Assembly: GCA_028534125.1 (NCBI GenBank)
Contig: CM052817.1
Coordinates: 35,404,001 to 35,468,000 of the forward strand
Reading direction: 5' to 3'
Length of the DNA stretch: 64,000 nucleotides
Source of the DNA: Lama glama
Lineage: Eukaryota
Positions 14,304-27,745 of the stretch are shown in pieces. A model generated the notes under the pieces. It ran no database searches. It worked only from the letters and a program-made list of their open reading frames with translations, and was not told the DNA's origin. Position numbers and translations under genes: made by a program. How positions within the stretch are numbered: position 1 is the first letter of the stretch; each line of letters starts with the position of its first letter.

Positions 14304-14557
14304 CAGGGCTGATGGACCCTAGGCACTTTTGCCTTTCTGCATCCTTTGTTCCTTAAAACAATATTAAAAATTATATTTTATTACTGCATTAGTATAAAGA
14401 TGAGCATGTTAATATTTTATATTAAGGCTGTTTTGTTACTAAAAGTTCATTTTTCCCTTCTCATATAAAAATAACTAAAACATTTTTATAAGCTCCTAAA
14501 AATATTGTGGGCTGTAGGCAGCGGGCCTACTGTGCCCAGTGGAGCAATTGGCCAGGT
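14304..14557 (-). mobile_element. hAT non-autonomous DNA transposon (MER96B-like)
   Basis: ccctaggcacttttgcctt..aaaattatatttt..gcctactgtgcccagtgga matches the recalled MER96B consensus. Confidence 0.6.
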
Positions 14558-16574
14558 TCAGGCAGGCAGTCCTTGCATGAGTCTGTGTTGCAACACTGAG
14601 ACCTGAGATCTCCTGGAGAAACACATGTGCACGGCATCCCGGTTAGCTGTGGTTGGAGCCAGGAGGTGAGAGGTGGGACCAGGTGAGGGGGAACCCTGAC
14701 TTGATATTTGCTGATGTTAGAGAATTGCTATTAATTATATTTAGGAGGGTATTGGTTGTGCTTTTAAAAGAAATTCTTTTAGAAATGCAAGCTGAAACAT
14801 TTGTGAATAAAGTGATATCTGGAGTTTGCTTTGCAATAATCCCAACAGGGTAGCGGATGAAGGTATAGATGAAGTAACTCTTTGTTGTGAGTTGAGGATT
14901 GTTGAAACTAAGTGATTAGCGTAGGGTTCATTGTAATAGTCTCTCTTCTATTAGATATGTTTGAAGTTTTACATAATAAAGTGCAAGATAGGAGGGGAGC
15001 AAGATGGACGGTTACAGGTCTCAGCAGAGGCTTCAGGGGCCTGAGCGATGTGAAGCTCCCCCAGCACTCTGCATGCCAGTCAGTCCGCTTTACTCCCACG
15101 TGTTTGGTATAGAGGCTGTTTAAAGTGGAGCCAAGGTAACATGTTTGCACTCCGTGCTGGGGATAGTGTGGGGGAGAAATAGCACATACAAAAGGTGAGA
15201 ATTCATAACTTGGTGGAAGTGGGATCATGAGGAATACCCACTAGGAATAATAAGACAAACCCCTGCTCCCACTGCAAATCCAGGGGCATGGGAGGGACTC
15301 GGGACTTTCACCACACTTACATGGGGGAGAGGTTTCAAGTCAATTCTAATTGAATTTTCAAAGATCAGGATGCCTCTGTTGACCTCTGGGCTGCAATGCT
15401 TGACACACCAGATGTAAAGAATAAATGGGAACAGAGAAGGTGTTAAAGACTTGTTTGTTAACCTGGATTTGGTTGATGGGAAAAAATGGGGGCATAAATG
15501 TTACATGGCTTCCACAGTCAAGGGGAGAGGAAGTGAAGGCAGCTCTACTTCTGGTCAAGGAGGCTGATTCTGTAATAAGGCTCCACCAAGTATTAGTGAT
15601 ACAACCTTGAACAAATTACTTAGCTTTTCAATGAAAAGGGGCTAATAGTGTTTGCTATTGAGATTTGGAAGTTTCTGATAAATTATACCCATCCGTTCCC
15701 TACCAGAGTTCAGAAACTATTGAGAAACCTGGGCAGGTGGAGTTCAGAATAATTCATATACTACCGATAATGCTGTTTGGAGAATGTGATTTTGGTGGAC
15801 CAAATGGATTTCTAATATGGATTTCTAATTTCTAATGGATTTCTCCTCTTGAATTGAACTGAGTCCCTGGGCAGGTCCACTCCATCGGCACACCTGCCCC
15901 CAGAGCAGACAGAATTCACTCTATCCATGCCACCGTTGGCAGCAGAGACCTAGCTCAAGCAGTAGGGACAGGGAGCCTGAAGGTAACGTGTTCTTTCACA
16001 GTTTGTGTTGGTTTTTCTTCTCCATCTGGGAGGGGCTGCCAGGTGGGAAAGCTTCCCCACCCATAGCTGCATGCATCTGCCTGCCTGCCTGCTCGCTGTT
16101 GCCAAGGCGTGGTCTGCTAGAACTTCCAGGATGTTGGGCATCTTAGGCTGGAGTGCAAGACAGGGCAGGCATAAGACTGGAAACAGAGAAAGGTGGCTGT
16201 GGGGAGCGGGGGAGCAGAAAGAAGCAGCTGGTCTTCAGTGTGAAGCGGGGAGCGAATCCGCCCCAGGATAGTGGGGACACAATGGTCTGGGGCAGGCAGC
16301 TGCTCTGTGAACAGGGCGAGGGTGGCTGTGGCTTGAGCAGATGCACATCAAAGGAAAGCAATAACAGACCCCAGGTAGCACACCATGTTTTCTGTAATCA
16401 TCTAAGCAGACAGGAGTGCCCTGGGGCTTGAATAGTTTGAAAGTACCACAGCCCTGGCTTCCACAAGCTTAAAGCTTGGGTCAGGGTAGCCTGGATCAGG
16501 GAGCCATTTCCTGCTTCCCTGATCATTGGTGGAGAAAGAATAAATGACTGTGTTGTCTGATGTCAAATTTATAG

Positions 16575-17200
16575 GGAGGCAGTGTAGACATGGCTGGGAA
16601 TGTATTTTCTGGAATCATAATGACAGAATTTGAACCCTGGACTCACCACTTACTAGCTCTGTGTCTTTGAATAAATTAACTAACTCCTCTGGGCCTCACT
16701 TTTCCCATTTGCAAAATGGAGATAAGAATAATACTGTCAAATGCTGCTCCCCAAAGCACCACCAAGGAGCTGGTGGACCAAGCAGAGCTGAGTTTATAGC
16801 TCAGTGAGATAAGGAAGATCCTGACCTTGACAGAGTCTTAACAGCATGAAATAAAGAAAGGGCAGTGGTGGGATATTTATGAGTTTCAGGCTTGATTAGA
16901 ATTGGGCAAGAGCTTGACAGATACAGCAAGGTGAGGATTTCTGAAGGAGCCTTTGAGAATTGACGAGGCCAGTGGAGTGCCTTCAGGATAATACAAATTG
17001 TGTGTAAGAGTTTCCTAAGGTATATTACTGAAGGCGGTGGGTAAAAGCCATGTGAATGCAGACTATGAACTGTGTGGGTGCATATGGTTTGGGTTCAAGT
17101 TCTCCCAGCTTACCTCCGGCATTTTTTGAAGATTAAATGAGACATGGGTGAGTGTCCTGAGTGTAGGCACGCCTCGTGGCCAATACTTAGTGACTGTTAT
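16575..17200 (+). mobile_element. MIR split by an old LTR-like insert (~16735-17100)
   Basis: MIR 5' half ends at ..aaaatggagataagaataatac; 3' half resumes at gaagattaaatgaga.. Confidence 0.55.
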
Positions 17201-17592
17201 CATCACTGATGTTATTTTCTCGTCCAGCCCCCATTTCTCCTGCAAGTTTGCTAGTGCATCAAATTCCACCTCCAGAATTGTTTTCCCATAACCTGAGGCT
17301 TTATCCCTTTTTCAAAATGCAAACACAGGCAGAAACCAAATCAGCCATTTATACCTCAGCATGTCAGAGTTTATAAAATCCTAGAAGCTGAGAATATAAG
17401 CTGTACTAACCCCTTAGGAGAAATCGCCCCATACATCCTTAAGCTATTCTGAAGGGGCCTTGCCTTACACATGCACAATTCCAGCAAGACTAAAGGACAA
17501 CAAACAGCACTGGATCCCGAGCCCCTGAATTTCTCCCTTTCAATTGGTGCGTCAGGCTGCTCCAGTCTTTTAAGATGTTCTTACCTCCTCGG

Positions 17593-18130
17593 TGTTTGTG
17601 CTTGGTTCACCAGAGAGACAGAAGCAGCGTGAGGGTATCTTCCTTCCTCCCTTCCTTCCTTCCTTCCTATCCATCTGTCTGTCTATCTGGGATTTATTAT
17701 GAGGAATTGGCTCATAAGATTATGGAGGCTGAGAAGACCCATGATCTGCTGTCTGCAAGCTGGAGATCCAGCAAAGCCAGGGGTATAATTCAGTTGGAGT
17801 CTGAAGGCCTGAGACCCAGGGGATCTGATGATATAAATTCCAGTCTGAGCGCCTGAGATGTTATGTCCTAGCTCTGACAATAAGGCAATTTAAAAAAAGA
17901 GGCAAATTCCACCTTCTGCTTTTTGTTCTATTCAGGCCCTCAACAGATTAGGTGATGCCCACCCACATGGACGAGGGCCATCCACTGAGTCCACCAGGGC
18001 AAATAATTAATCTTACCTGGAAACACCCTCGCAGACGCATCTAGAAATAATTCGCAGACGCATCTAGAAATAATATTTAGTCTGGGCGCCCCCTGGCCAT
18101 TCAAGTTGGTGCATCAAATTAACCGTCACA
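17593..18130 (-). mobile_element. MLT2-family (ERVL) LTR with internal (TTCC)n run
   Basis: gatttattatgaggaattggctca..ggaggctgagaag..tctgcaagctggaga..ttgttctattcaggccctcaac..aaattaaccgtcaca. Confidence 0.85.
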
Positions 18131-18319
18131 CCCAGTGACAGAAAGGAGCGGGGGATTTGCAGGTGGAAGAGGGAAGCTTGCTTATCTCGAGAGAGATACA
18201 CTGCTGGTGAAGCTCCTTAGGTCAGGGAGTTTGTAAGCTGCTTCAGTTCACCCCAGAGGACCTGTGCTCAGTCATCTCTCTGGCAGTTATCCACAGCATG
18301 CCAAAAGGCTCTGGACCTG

Positions 18320-18650
18320 GGGAGCTCAACCCTGGCTGTACCTTAGAGTCACCAGGGGAGCTTTAGAAGAAGACCTAAACTAGGTCTGCCGTTGCAACCC
18401 CTGACCATCCAGCCCTCCACCAGCTGAACCGAAATGTTAAGGTGAGGCCCAGGAACCACTCTTTCAAAAGTTGCCCAAGTGGTACTGCTGCACAGTTTGA
18501 GAACCACTGCTCTAGATAAGTGCTACTCAGACTTTCCCTGCACAAGAAATCACTCAGAGGACTTGTTACAACACAGATTCTGGCGTTTCTCTCCCCAGAG
18601 ATTCTGATTCAGCAGGTCTGGGTTGGGGCTTGAAAATGAGCGCTTTGTGA
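18320..18650. mobile_element. Two adjacent MER5-type (hAT-Charlie) elements
   Basis: agtttgagaaccactgctctag; cagagattctgattcagcaggtctgggttggggc. Confidence 0.7.
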
Positions 18651-18658
18651 ATCTAAAA

Positions 18659-19142
18659 TGTTAGAAAGGAAAAACTTTTCCTTTACCCTGTTAGGTTTAG
18701 TGTCCTTGGGCCTGTGAATTAAACTGACAAGAGGGAGATTAACGGGATAAAAAGGTTTATTCGTATGCATATGAAAGCCAACAAAAGAAGTAGCTGGCTC
18801 TTTAAATGCGTGACGTTAGAGAGGTTTATAGACCTAAATTAGTAGGGACGAGGGGGGGAAGAAAAAGACTCTACGGGAAGACAAATAGGTTTCTTCAGGA
18901 AAGACAAATGGGTTTTTAGAACAAATGGGAGAGAAGAAGGTTTGTGAGAATGTTTATGCAGGTGCAGTGGTCTTTCTGCCTTCCGAGCCGTGGAACTCCC
19001 CAGAGGGGATTTATGGCAGCCTCGTTTCCCAGTTTGCTGCTTTTAGTCAGATAAGGGAAGTTCTGAGACTTCTTTCCGCATCTGCTGAATCTCAAATGTC
19101 TTCAGCTTTAAATAATCTTCATATCAACTCTTGGTCCCCACA
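18659..19142 (-). mobile_element. ERV1-class LTR
   Basis: TG..CA bounded ~480-bp segment with antisense AATAAA (aggtttatt) and ctgctgaatctcaaatgtcttcagctt..aataatc typical of ERV1 LTRs. No clean TSD. Confidence 0.55.
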
Positions 19143-20158
19143 ATAGTAGTATGATGTGGAAATACTGTCTCGCTGCATAAGGAAGTGACTTGTAAACTGT
19201 TCTCTGGTGCTGCCTGGCATCTGGCCATGTATCTTTAGCCAGCAAACTGTAATTCTCTTCACCTTCAGTGTCAGAATTATGATTATTTGAAGACATCTCA
19301 AATTCTACCTGTGATTTTAGCATTTATTACATTGTTATTCTGACATATGCTATTACTATAATTTAAAAGATTTTTATAGGATTTTACAAATCGTATAAAA
19401 TATTATTCAAGTTACGATATTGCTAAAACTAGGGCTTGAAAAATGCAACCATAAATCAAAAAGTTCAAAATCAAGGTTAGATATGATAAAATGGTGTGAA
19501 TAAGGCCAATTAACCAAACTAATACTGTGCTATTAAAGAGATTACCCTGTGGGGCAATTTAAAAATAGTGCTTAAAATTAAAAGCAGCATTAAAGAAAAA
19601 ATATGCTCTAATGGTTATAGATTTTTGTACTCCAGGAATACATCCCTCGTAGTCTTTATTTATTCCTTTGGGAAAATGAATCTTAATTTATGAGAGATCT
19701 TCCAAAAATTTGTTCTTTGAGTAAAATATGACCTCTGTAAAAGAGGGTGGACAAAAGCTAGACACTATTTAGTTCATGAGTAAAGGATCAAATTGTAATT
19801 CAGTGGCAATTGTTTACGTAGAAGAGCTGAAATTTGAACAAACATCTCAAAACTGTAGGGCAATTAATCCTGCAAAATCATGGCAACTATAAGGTAATTC
19901 ATCCTTAAAAATTATGGCAAGATTAGAGATGACAAGTATGTGAACCGTGTTGTACATGGAATAAGATCTATGAGATAATGCTGATTGAAAACACTTTGAA
20001 TTCAAAGCAGTACAGTTATTACAGCTATAGACAAAATAAAAGCCTGTCTACTGATAAAGATGGGGACTTAATTTAAACCTATGTAAATATTGCTTGTATT
20101 CATTGGACCATCATTTTCTCCAGAGTTGTTTGTGTTAATAATAAGAGCAAGTTGAAAG

Positions 20159-20308
20159 AGGGGAGAGTATAGCTCAGGGGTAGAGTATATGCCTGGCAGG
20201 CACAAGGTCCTGGGTTCAACCCCAGTACCTCCATTAAAAGTGTATATATAAAAACCTAATTACCTCCCCTCAAAATAAAAAATAAAGAAATAAAAATTAA
20301 AAGAAAAA
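20159..20308 (+). mobile_element. tRNA-Ala-derived SINE (Vic-type)
   Basis: A box tagctcaggggtag, B box ggttcaacc, cagtacctcca, acctaattacctcccc body, A-rich tail. Imperfect TSD agagcaagttg/aaagcaaattg. Confidence 0.85.
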
Positions 20309-20314
20309 AAGCAA

Positions 20315-20595
20315 ATTGGAGTGGTTGTCAGGTTTGGGAGGGGAGAAGAGGGAAGATGAATCAGTGGAGCACAGGAGATTTTTAGGGGAATGAAATTACT
20401 CTGTATGGTATGTTAATGGTGGATGTATGTCATTATACATTTGTCCAAATCCATAGACTGTACAACACAGAGTGAATCCTAATGTAAACTATGGATGTTA
20501 GTTAATAATAATGTATTGATATTGGCTCATCAATGATAACAATTGTACCACCCTAATACAAGATATTAGTAGTGGGAGAAAATGAGAGGGGAGGA
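20315..20595 (+). mobile_element. L1MC-type 3' end
   Basis: gtcattatacatttgtccaaatccatagactgtacaacacagagtgaatcctaatgtaaactatgga. Confidence 0.8.
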
Positions 20596-23500
20596 GATTG
20601 TTGCATGATACATTCTTGGGGAAATCTTGAATCATCCAGCACAAATCAGGTTAAAACGTGCTTTCGGTTTCGGTCTTTTGTTTACTCTGCATAAAGGTGC
20701 GTTGTTTATTTTGCAAGGGCATAAGGATTAAGAACAAAATGAGAGCAATAGAATGTCTTGTACCCGTTGCCAAAATAAGCTTTCTCACTTGGTTGACTAT
20801 CATGAACATTAAATCAGTCTACTCAGAGGAATAAATTTCACCCTTTATAGGAAAAGTTCTAAATCTTCTTCAATTTATTTAGTAAGTAAACACTGTATCT
20901 TAGCAATTATCACTACAGGATTCACCGTGTGAACAAACATATATAAAGGTGTTTAACGAAGTGCTTTATTGTTAGTATCTTGTTGATCAGTAATCACACA
21001 TTTAACTTTGTCAGTTTTTTTGTTTTTGTTTTTGTTTTTGCCTAGGCAGAGAACCAGCTCTGTGACCGCTTCTCTGCGGTGGAGAATTCAAACTCGAGCT
21101 CATGATCAGACCCAGTTTCCTCTAGCCCCGGGGCTGTTTACATCCTTCCCCTCTTGCCGTTCACCACCTTCAATCATGGACATAAACTCAGGTCTATGAA
21201 TAACATGTCTTTATTCTAACTCGGCTTGATTTCAGTCCTCAAGCCTTACTCCACTGAGCTGGTGGGAAAACAGCCTCCCATCCTTCTGGGGTTCCAAGAG
21301 CCTCCGAGTGCCAAGACGTTGAGTGGTGGGGCTTGGAGTTGGGGTGGGGATGATCCTCTGGGCCTTGGTTCATGCAGGCTACTGCTAGGATGTGTCATCT
21401 CTGTCTGCCTGTTCCCCGCAGGTCCTCCCCCTGTCTGCTGTTTTCCTCCGTGAGTGGCGCGTGGGAGTCCTTGGCAGGGCTGCCTTTGATGCTATCTGCT
21501 TCGGCACATTCTCTCTCTGGGATTTTTTCCTGTAGTAGTAACTGTGCCAAGCCAGGCACAGATCTTTTCTGCTCCTGGAATCCACAGCCTCTCATTTTTT
21601 CCTCTTGACTCTCACCTGTAAAAAACTCTTTCCAGTCTGGGGATGACACAGATTCTCTTTCTTTAATCTTTTCCACAAGGTCCCACCCTAGGATTCTCTA
21701 AGGGCTTTGGCTTTTGGAACAAAAAGCAAAAATACTTTCAAACTATCTCTGTTTTCTCCCTTGTACATCCCTTCCTCAGGGCAATGAAGCCAGAGCCTGC
21801 TGGGATGGAAGGAAGGGAAAGGAGTCCTACGGAGAGAAAAAGGAAGAAGTCCATATTTCAGAATATTATTTGGCCGTGTGTTTTATTTGTATGGAGGCCT
21901 TCTCTCTCTCATAGGCTGTCTGACAGTGTGAGTTGTTTTCCCCAGCACCTGTGGAGTGAGACCAGGTATGCCCCTGACAGTCTCTGGTGGTTCTTCCTTG
22001 AGCCTTGGCCAGCTTTGAGGAGAGCCCTGGAGCGCTCTTGTGGGTTCACGATGGTGGCACCCCTGCTGCTAAATCCTAAGACTTCCCTTCCCAGGTGTTG
22101 CCAACTATTACATCTTTGGTCACCTTTGGAGACATTGATACGTCTGAACACTGTTAACCAGAATAGGTGAAATGTTAAAACTGGTTTTCATCAAATGAAG
22201 AGGCTTTGGTCCAAATCATTAAGAGGATGCTGAATGCATTGACCGTATTACTTGGCAGGAGGGGGAGGGAGGGGCAAGAAACCTTAATACTTTGAGTCTC
22301 TGACCCCTAAATGCCACAGGGCTTCTCCAGAATTCTCACATCATATACTCTAAGCTGAGGCACTGAAGACCTATCTTAAAATGTAAACGTGCTATTAGGT
22401 GATTTTAGGTGACCTTGGTTACTCAGCAGGGCACAAACCTTGAAGGAATGAGACACAGGACCTGTTAAGTTTGGATAGAAGACGGTGGGGGTGGGGAAAA
22501 GAAAAAGCCATAGCCTCCTGTGGCAGACTAGGATGAGAAATGGAATACGAAAGGGGCTCAGAAACCAGTGCAATAGTTTATCATTTTGTTCAGGGTGAGT
22601 ATGCCCTACATCTGCGGAAAGGGTGAGCCCGCCTGCTTTCTTTTTTGTGGGTTGTCGGTTGAGAGTTGATTCATTCTCCTTTCAACTGCGTAGGGAGCTG
22701 CGAGGTTCAGCTCCTTGGGGTTTGCGCTGTGTGGGCTGGAGTCCCAGGGCCCTGGGAGGCTCACCACTGGGAAGCAGCACGCAGATAGAGGAGCGCGAAT
22801 AAGCTCTCTGCTCCAACCACCTGTGTCCACCCCTGCTTCCCCCGCCTGGGACTGACCGGGTCCTTAACGCCCTGCGCCCCTCGCGCCCCTCACCTTGTCC
22901 AGGCCATTAACTCTTTGTTGTTTTTGTTGTTGTTTTCAGATATATCAATTAAAATTGAGATGTAATTGAATAATTGACATCTAACATTCTATTAGTTTCA
23001 GGTATACAACATAACGAGGCTAGATGCTAAGCAGCCTGTCTAGTGAGAGTGGGTCCAGGCCTCATTCTCCCCCGGACCCCTGCGCCCAGCCCTGTGTCTG
23101 CCACCTCGGAGTCACTCACTCAACGTTAACTAAACTGAAATGAAACTGCGTTTAGTGCACGTCTGTGGAATTTGGGTCTACCTCACCAACCTTTTTAATA
23201 TCCCCAAGTAAGTCTCAATTTATCTAAAAAATTGATAAATTGGTTTTATAAAGTGGCTCAGGAGATCCTAATTCCTTGTCTTTGCTTTTCCAGTTGCTCT
23301 GCACGCCCCTCTCTCCACAACCCCCCAAGCACCAAGGAGTGCATTGTGCAAAGGAGTAGAAAGTGAAGGGAAAGGCCCCTTCTTAGCTTCAGACCAGACA
23401 CTCATGTGCTTTTATGGAATAAGTATTTTGTACCAGGACTGGACAACAAAGTGGATTCCTGAGAGAAGATTAAAGGAATGACCGCGTTGGTCAGGGAAAA

Positions 23501-23925
23501 ATACCGAAGGCTCTCTTCCCTCCAGCCAGCTGCTCAGCTCCTTGGAGCAAAACCACCCGTCTGAAGTTTGTGTTAGACCTGACCCTGCTGTGGCTTTTCA
23601 GACTGTGTAAGGCAATTTCCCTGCTTATTATCCTTGTTTAGACTCAGCTAAACTCATAAACAGGACCTCTTAGGTTGCTGCCATTGTTCTGGAACTTTTG
23701 GGGCTTTGAAGGTGGTCTAGGGCTTATTTATTAATTGGAGAACCTCAGATTCTTGGTTCACTAACTCATTAACCCTCACAGCTCCCACATCTTGGTGCAA
23801 ATGGAGTAACTTAGTTGAAATGGGGTTGAATTGTCTAAACTTGCAAAAGATTCCAAATGGTTGCTCTTTGACCTTGTGGTATATATGTGGCAAACTGTTT
23901 TCTGAAACCCAGACAGGACACATTT

Positions 23926-24106
23926 TTCCCCCATTTAAAAAAAATTGAAGTATCGTCAGTTTACAATGTTGTGTCAGTGTCTGGTGTACAGCATAATGTT
24001 TCAGTCATACATATACATACCTATATTCCTTTTCATTGTAGGTTACTGTAAGATACTGAATATAGTTCCCTGTGCTATACAGTACAACCTTGTTTACCTA
24101 TTTTAG
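23926..24106 (-). mobile_element. Short L1 3' end with TSD
   Basis: Closely similar to the L1 at 660-830. TSD agacaggacacattt (23911-23925) / agacaggacatattt (24107-24121). Confidence 0.85.
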
Positions 24107-24754
24107 AGACAGGACATATTTGGACTGTGAAAAAGGATATTTGAAATCAACTGTCCTGGCGGCGGTTTTTGGTCACTTAATGTGTATTGCATATTATTTG
24201 GATAACTAAGTCATTTTCCCAACCTTGTTTTGCTTAGACAGGTATGATAACTACTTGTATTCTATAACCTCACACCAATTTGAAGGTACTGCAGACAGTT
24301 GTGGGTAAGAGAAAGTAGGGATAAGAAAAACTGGTTCAGTTGTTCTGAATGTTTCAGCAATACAAGTGCTACTGATCTAAAATTAGCTATTTATAATTTA
24401 TATTTCTATTATATAACTTAATGTATGTCTATTTCTATATTATATTAAATTTAATGTATTGTTAATATATAATGCATTTATATATGTGCATATATTAATC
24501 AATTCAAATACTTTAAGTTTGATATATTAATTTGTTAATATATCAGGTGTTACATTAAATATAAATTATATATATTTGATTGGGAGTCCCTGTAGTAAAT
24601 CAAGCAACTTGTACTTCATGGCTTAGTGTGAGTATCATTTGTTTAAGCAGCCAAACTTCAGTTGCCTTACTTTAAAGGCTAGAGTGCTTCCTGTGCTGCT
24701 AAGCTTTAGTCTAGTTTATTATTTTTTCTTATTTTGCCTTTGCAGAAAGGCGTT

Positions 24755-25155
24755 ATATGAGTTATCTATTGCTGTGTAACAAACTACCCTGCAATTCAGT
24801 GGCTTAAAATTTTAAGCATTTATTATCTCAGTTTCTGTGGATCTGGAGTCTGGGTGCAGCATAGGTGGCTGCTTTAGCTCCTTGCTGGCTGGTGACCGGA
24901 AACTTTGCTCAGTTCTTTGACACGTGGGTCTCTCCAGAGGGCAGCTCTCAACATGGCAGCAGGCTCCCTCGGAGTAAGTAAGAGAGTGAGCAGGGGAGAG
25001 TAAGACAGAAGTCATAGTCTTTTTGTAACCTAATCTTGGAAGTGACATCCCATCCCTTTGTCATAGGGTGCAGCCCAGGCAAGGGGAGGGGATGCCACAA
25101 GAGCCTGAATATAAGGTGTAGAGATTTGGAGGCATTTTAAATGCTGCCTACTACA
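24755..25155 (-). mobile_element. MLT1-family (MaLR) LTR
   Basis: agttatctattgctgtgtaacaaactaccc..cagtggcttaaaa..acctaatcttggaagtgacatcccatc..tgcctactaca. Confidence 0.8.
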
Positions 25156-25199
25156 GCTAAAGAGGGGAGAGTGACCATTTTATTTACCAAAATTAATAT

Positions 25200-26635
25200 G
25201 ACCCAGATATGACTCCACATACACAAGCAATAAAAGAAATAGGTAGATTAGATGTCATCTAAGACTTTTATGCATCAAAGAACACTATCAAGAAAGTGAA
25301 GACACGGACATAGAAGAACTATGTTACCAAAGGGGAAAGGGCAGAGGAGGGATAAATTAGGAGTTTGGAATTAACAGATGCACATTACTATACATAAAAT
25401 AGATAAACAATAAGGGCCTATGTATAGCACAGGGAATTATATTCAATTTCTTACAATAACATATAATGGAAAAGAATCTAAAAAAAAGTATGTGTATGTG
25501 TAACTGAATAGCTTGCTGTACACCTGAAACTAACACTGTAAATCAACTACACTTTAATAAAAAATAAAAATAAAAATAATAAACTTAAAAAAGTGAAGAC
25601 AACCCACAGAGTGGGAGAAAATATTGGCAAACCATATATGTAATAAAAGTCTAGTATCCAAAATATATAAAAAGCTCTTACAACTCAACAGTGAAAAGAC
25701 TAACAACCCAATTTAAAAATAGGTGAAGAATTTACATAGACATTTCTCTAAAGAAAGTATACAAATGGCCCACAAGTGCATGAAAAGATGCTCGACATCA
25801 TTAGTCATTAGGAAAATGCAGATCAGAACCACAATGAGTACCACTTCATATACACTATATTTTTATTTTTTACTTTTATTTTTTAATTAAAATTTTTATT
25901 CAAGTATAGTTGATTTATAATACTATGTTAGTTTCAAGTGTATACAGTATATTTTTTAAAAGTAGAGAATAACAAATGTTGACAACAATATGGAAAAATG
26001 GGAATCCTCACACATTGCTGGTGTAAAATGGTACAACCACAGGGAACAGTTTGGCAGTTCCTCTAAAAGTTAAATATACAGTTACCATGTGACCCAACAG
26101 TGCCACTCCTAGGTATAAACCCGAGAGAAATGAAAATACATATTCACAAATACACTTGTACATGAATAAGCATGGCAGCATTATTCATAATAGCCAAGAA
26201 GTGCAAATAATACAAATATCCATCAACTGATAAATGGAAAAACAAAATGTAGTATATCCATGGAATGTTATTCAGCCATAAAAAGGAATGAAGCAGTGAT
26301 ACATGCTACAGCATGAATGAACCTTGAAAATCATGCTCACTGAGAAAACCTGACATAAGAGGCCATGTATTATATGATTCCATTTATATGAAATGTCTGG
26401 AGTAGGTAAATCTATAGGTAGAAAATAGATTAATGGTTGCCAGGGGCTTGGAGGAAGGGGGAGTAGAGACTGACTGCTAGTAGATACAGGATCTCTTTTC
26501 AAGGTGATGGAAATGTTCTGAAATTATATAGTAGTGCTGGTTGCACAACTCTGTGAATACACTAAAATCCACTGAATTGTACACTTTAAAATGGTGAATT
26601 TTATGTTATGTGAATTATATCTCAATTTAAAAAAA
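25200..26635 (+). mobile_element. L1MB-like 3' region containing two younger L1 3'-end insertions
   Basis: Continuous ORF2-end/3' UTR motifs ending ..gtgaattatatctcaatttaaaaaa, interrupted at 25305-25589 (+) and 25865-25940 (-). Confidence 0.85.
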
Positions 26636-26729
26636 CTTTGTTTAGATTACTATGACCTACAGCAATAAGTATTTATTGAATATTCTGTAGCCTGCCAAGT
26701 ATCCTGCTGAGTCGGGGTTCTAGAACTTA

Positions 26730-26898
26730 GGTCAGTGGTTTTCAACCTTGATGGCACATTAAAATCACGTGGGAGCTCTTAAAAATCCTGATGTCCAGGC
26801 CAGTTAAGTCAGAATCTCTGGGGTAGGATCCAAACCTCAGCCAGTTTTGGGGCCCCCATGTAATTTCAGGGTGCAGCCAAGGATGAGAACCACCAGCC
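26730..26898. mobile_element. MER5A-like DNA transposon
   Basis: cagtggttttcaacc ... gccaaggatgagaaccacc termini. Confidence 0.75.
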
Positions 26899-27745
26899 CG
26901 GAGCAGCATAACTCCTTAGCAAGTTGGGTTCCCAGCAGCAGTGACCACCCTCACGCCCTGTCTATGTTCTTTCCATTAACAGTAACCAGCAAAGAAAGCT
27001 GCATGATCCCAGGGACAGGCTCCTTATCTGAGTCAGGATGACTCCTCGGTTTCTCCTGGTCTGCACTACTTTCCTTTCTGTGGGTGGCTCAGAATGCTCA
27101 GTGGTTGAAAGAGGGGATATATTCTGCTTTACAGATTTTTTTTTTTCATTTTGGATTCGGTTGCTGTGATTCAACTGTGGGCAGAGATCGTATGTTCCAC
27201 TTTGGAACAGAAGTTGGCTTCTGTCCAAATGGGTTTGTACTTTTGTCCTGAAAAACCTTGATTTTATAGTTTGTGAAGTTGTGAGCAAGTAAAGATACAA
27301 GGAGCTAGAAATGTGAGGACTTTTACGCTGGGCCTGTGTGCTCACTCTCTTTGGTATTGATCATCTAACTGTGATACTTCATAGTTTATTTAACATCTTC
27401 ACTCTTGGCCTCCCGGAGCCTTAGTCTGCTGCTCTAAGTCCTACGTTGCCAGCAGCTCACCACGTTGCTTTTGCGCAGCATTCACTCTGTTTGGCAAACC
27501 TTTGTCGTCTTGGGTCTCAAACCACAGTGATACTAGTTAAATCCACCAACCAAAGTACTAACTTTTTTTTCAGTTATCCCAGAAGCTAAAGCCAATTTGT
27601 GAAAAAGATAGAAATGGGTGAAAAAATAGAAATTGGAAGATTTAAAAGAGCCATGAAGGATCAGCAACAGCTCCTTTCGGCTACAGAAGGGCCAATGAGG
27701 TTCTAGCTAGTAACCCACCCTGGTGGTAGGTGATGGGAGTAAATA

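Noticed and set aside
20159..20233. tRNA genes at 20159, ~32915-32990 and 36256
   Set aside because: Stem mismatches, A-rich tails and, for two copies, SINE body and TSDs mark them as SINEs or retrocopies.
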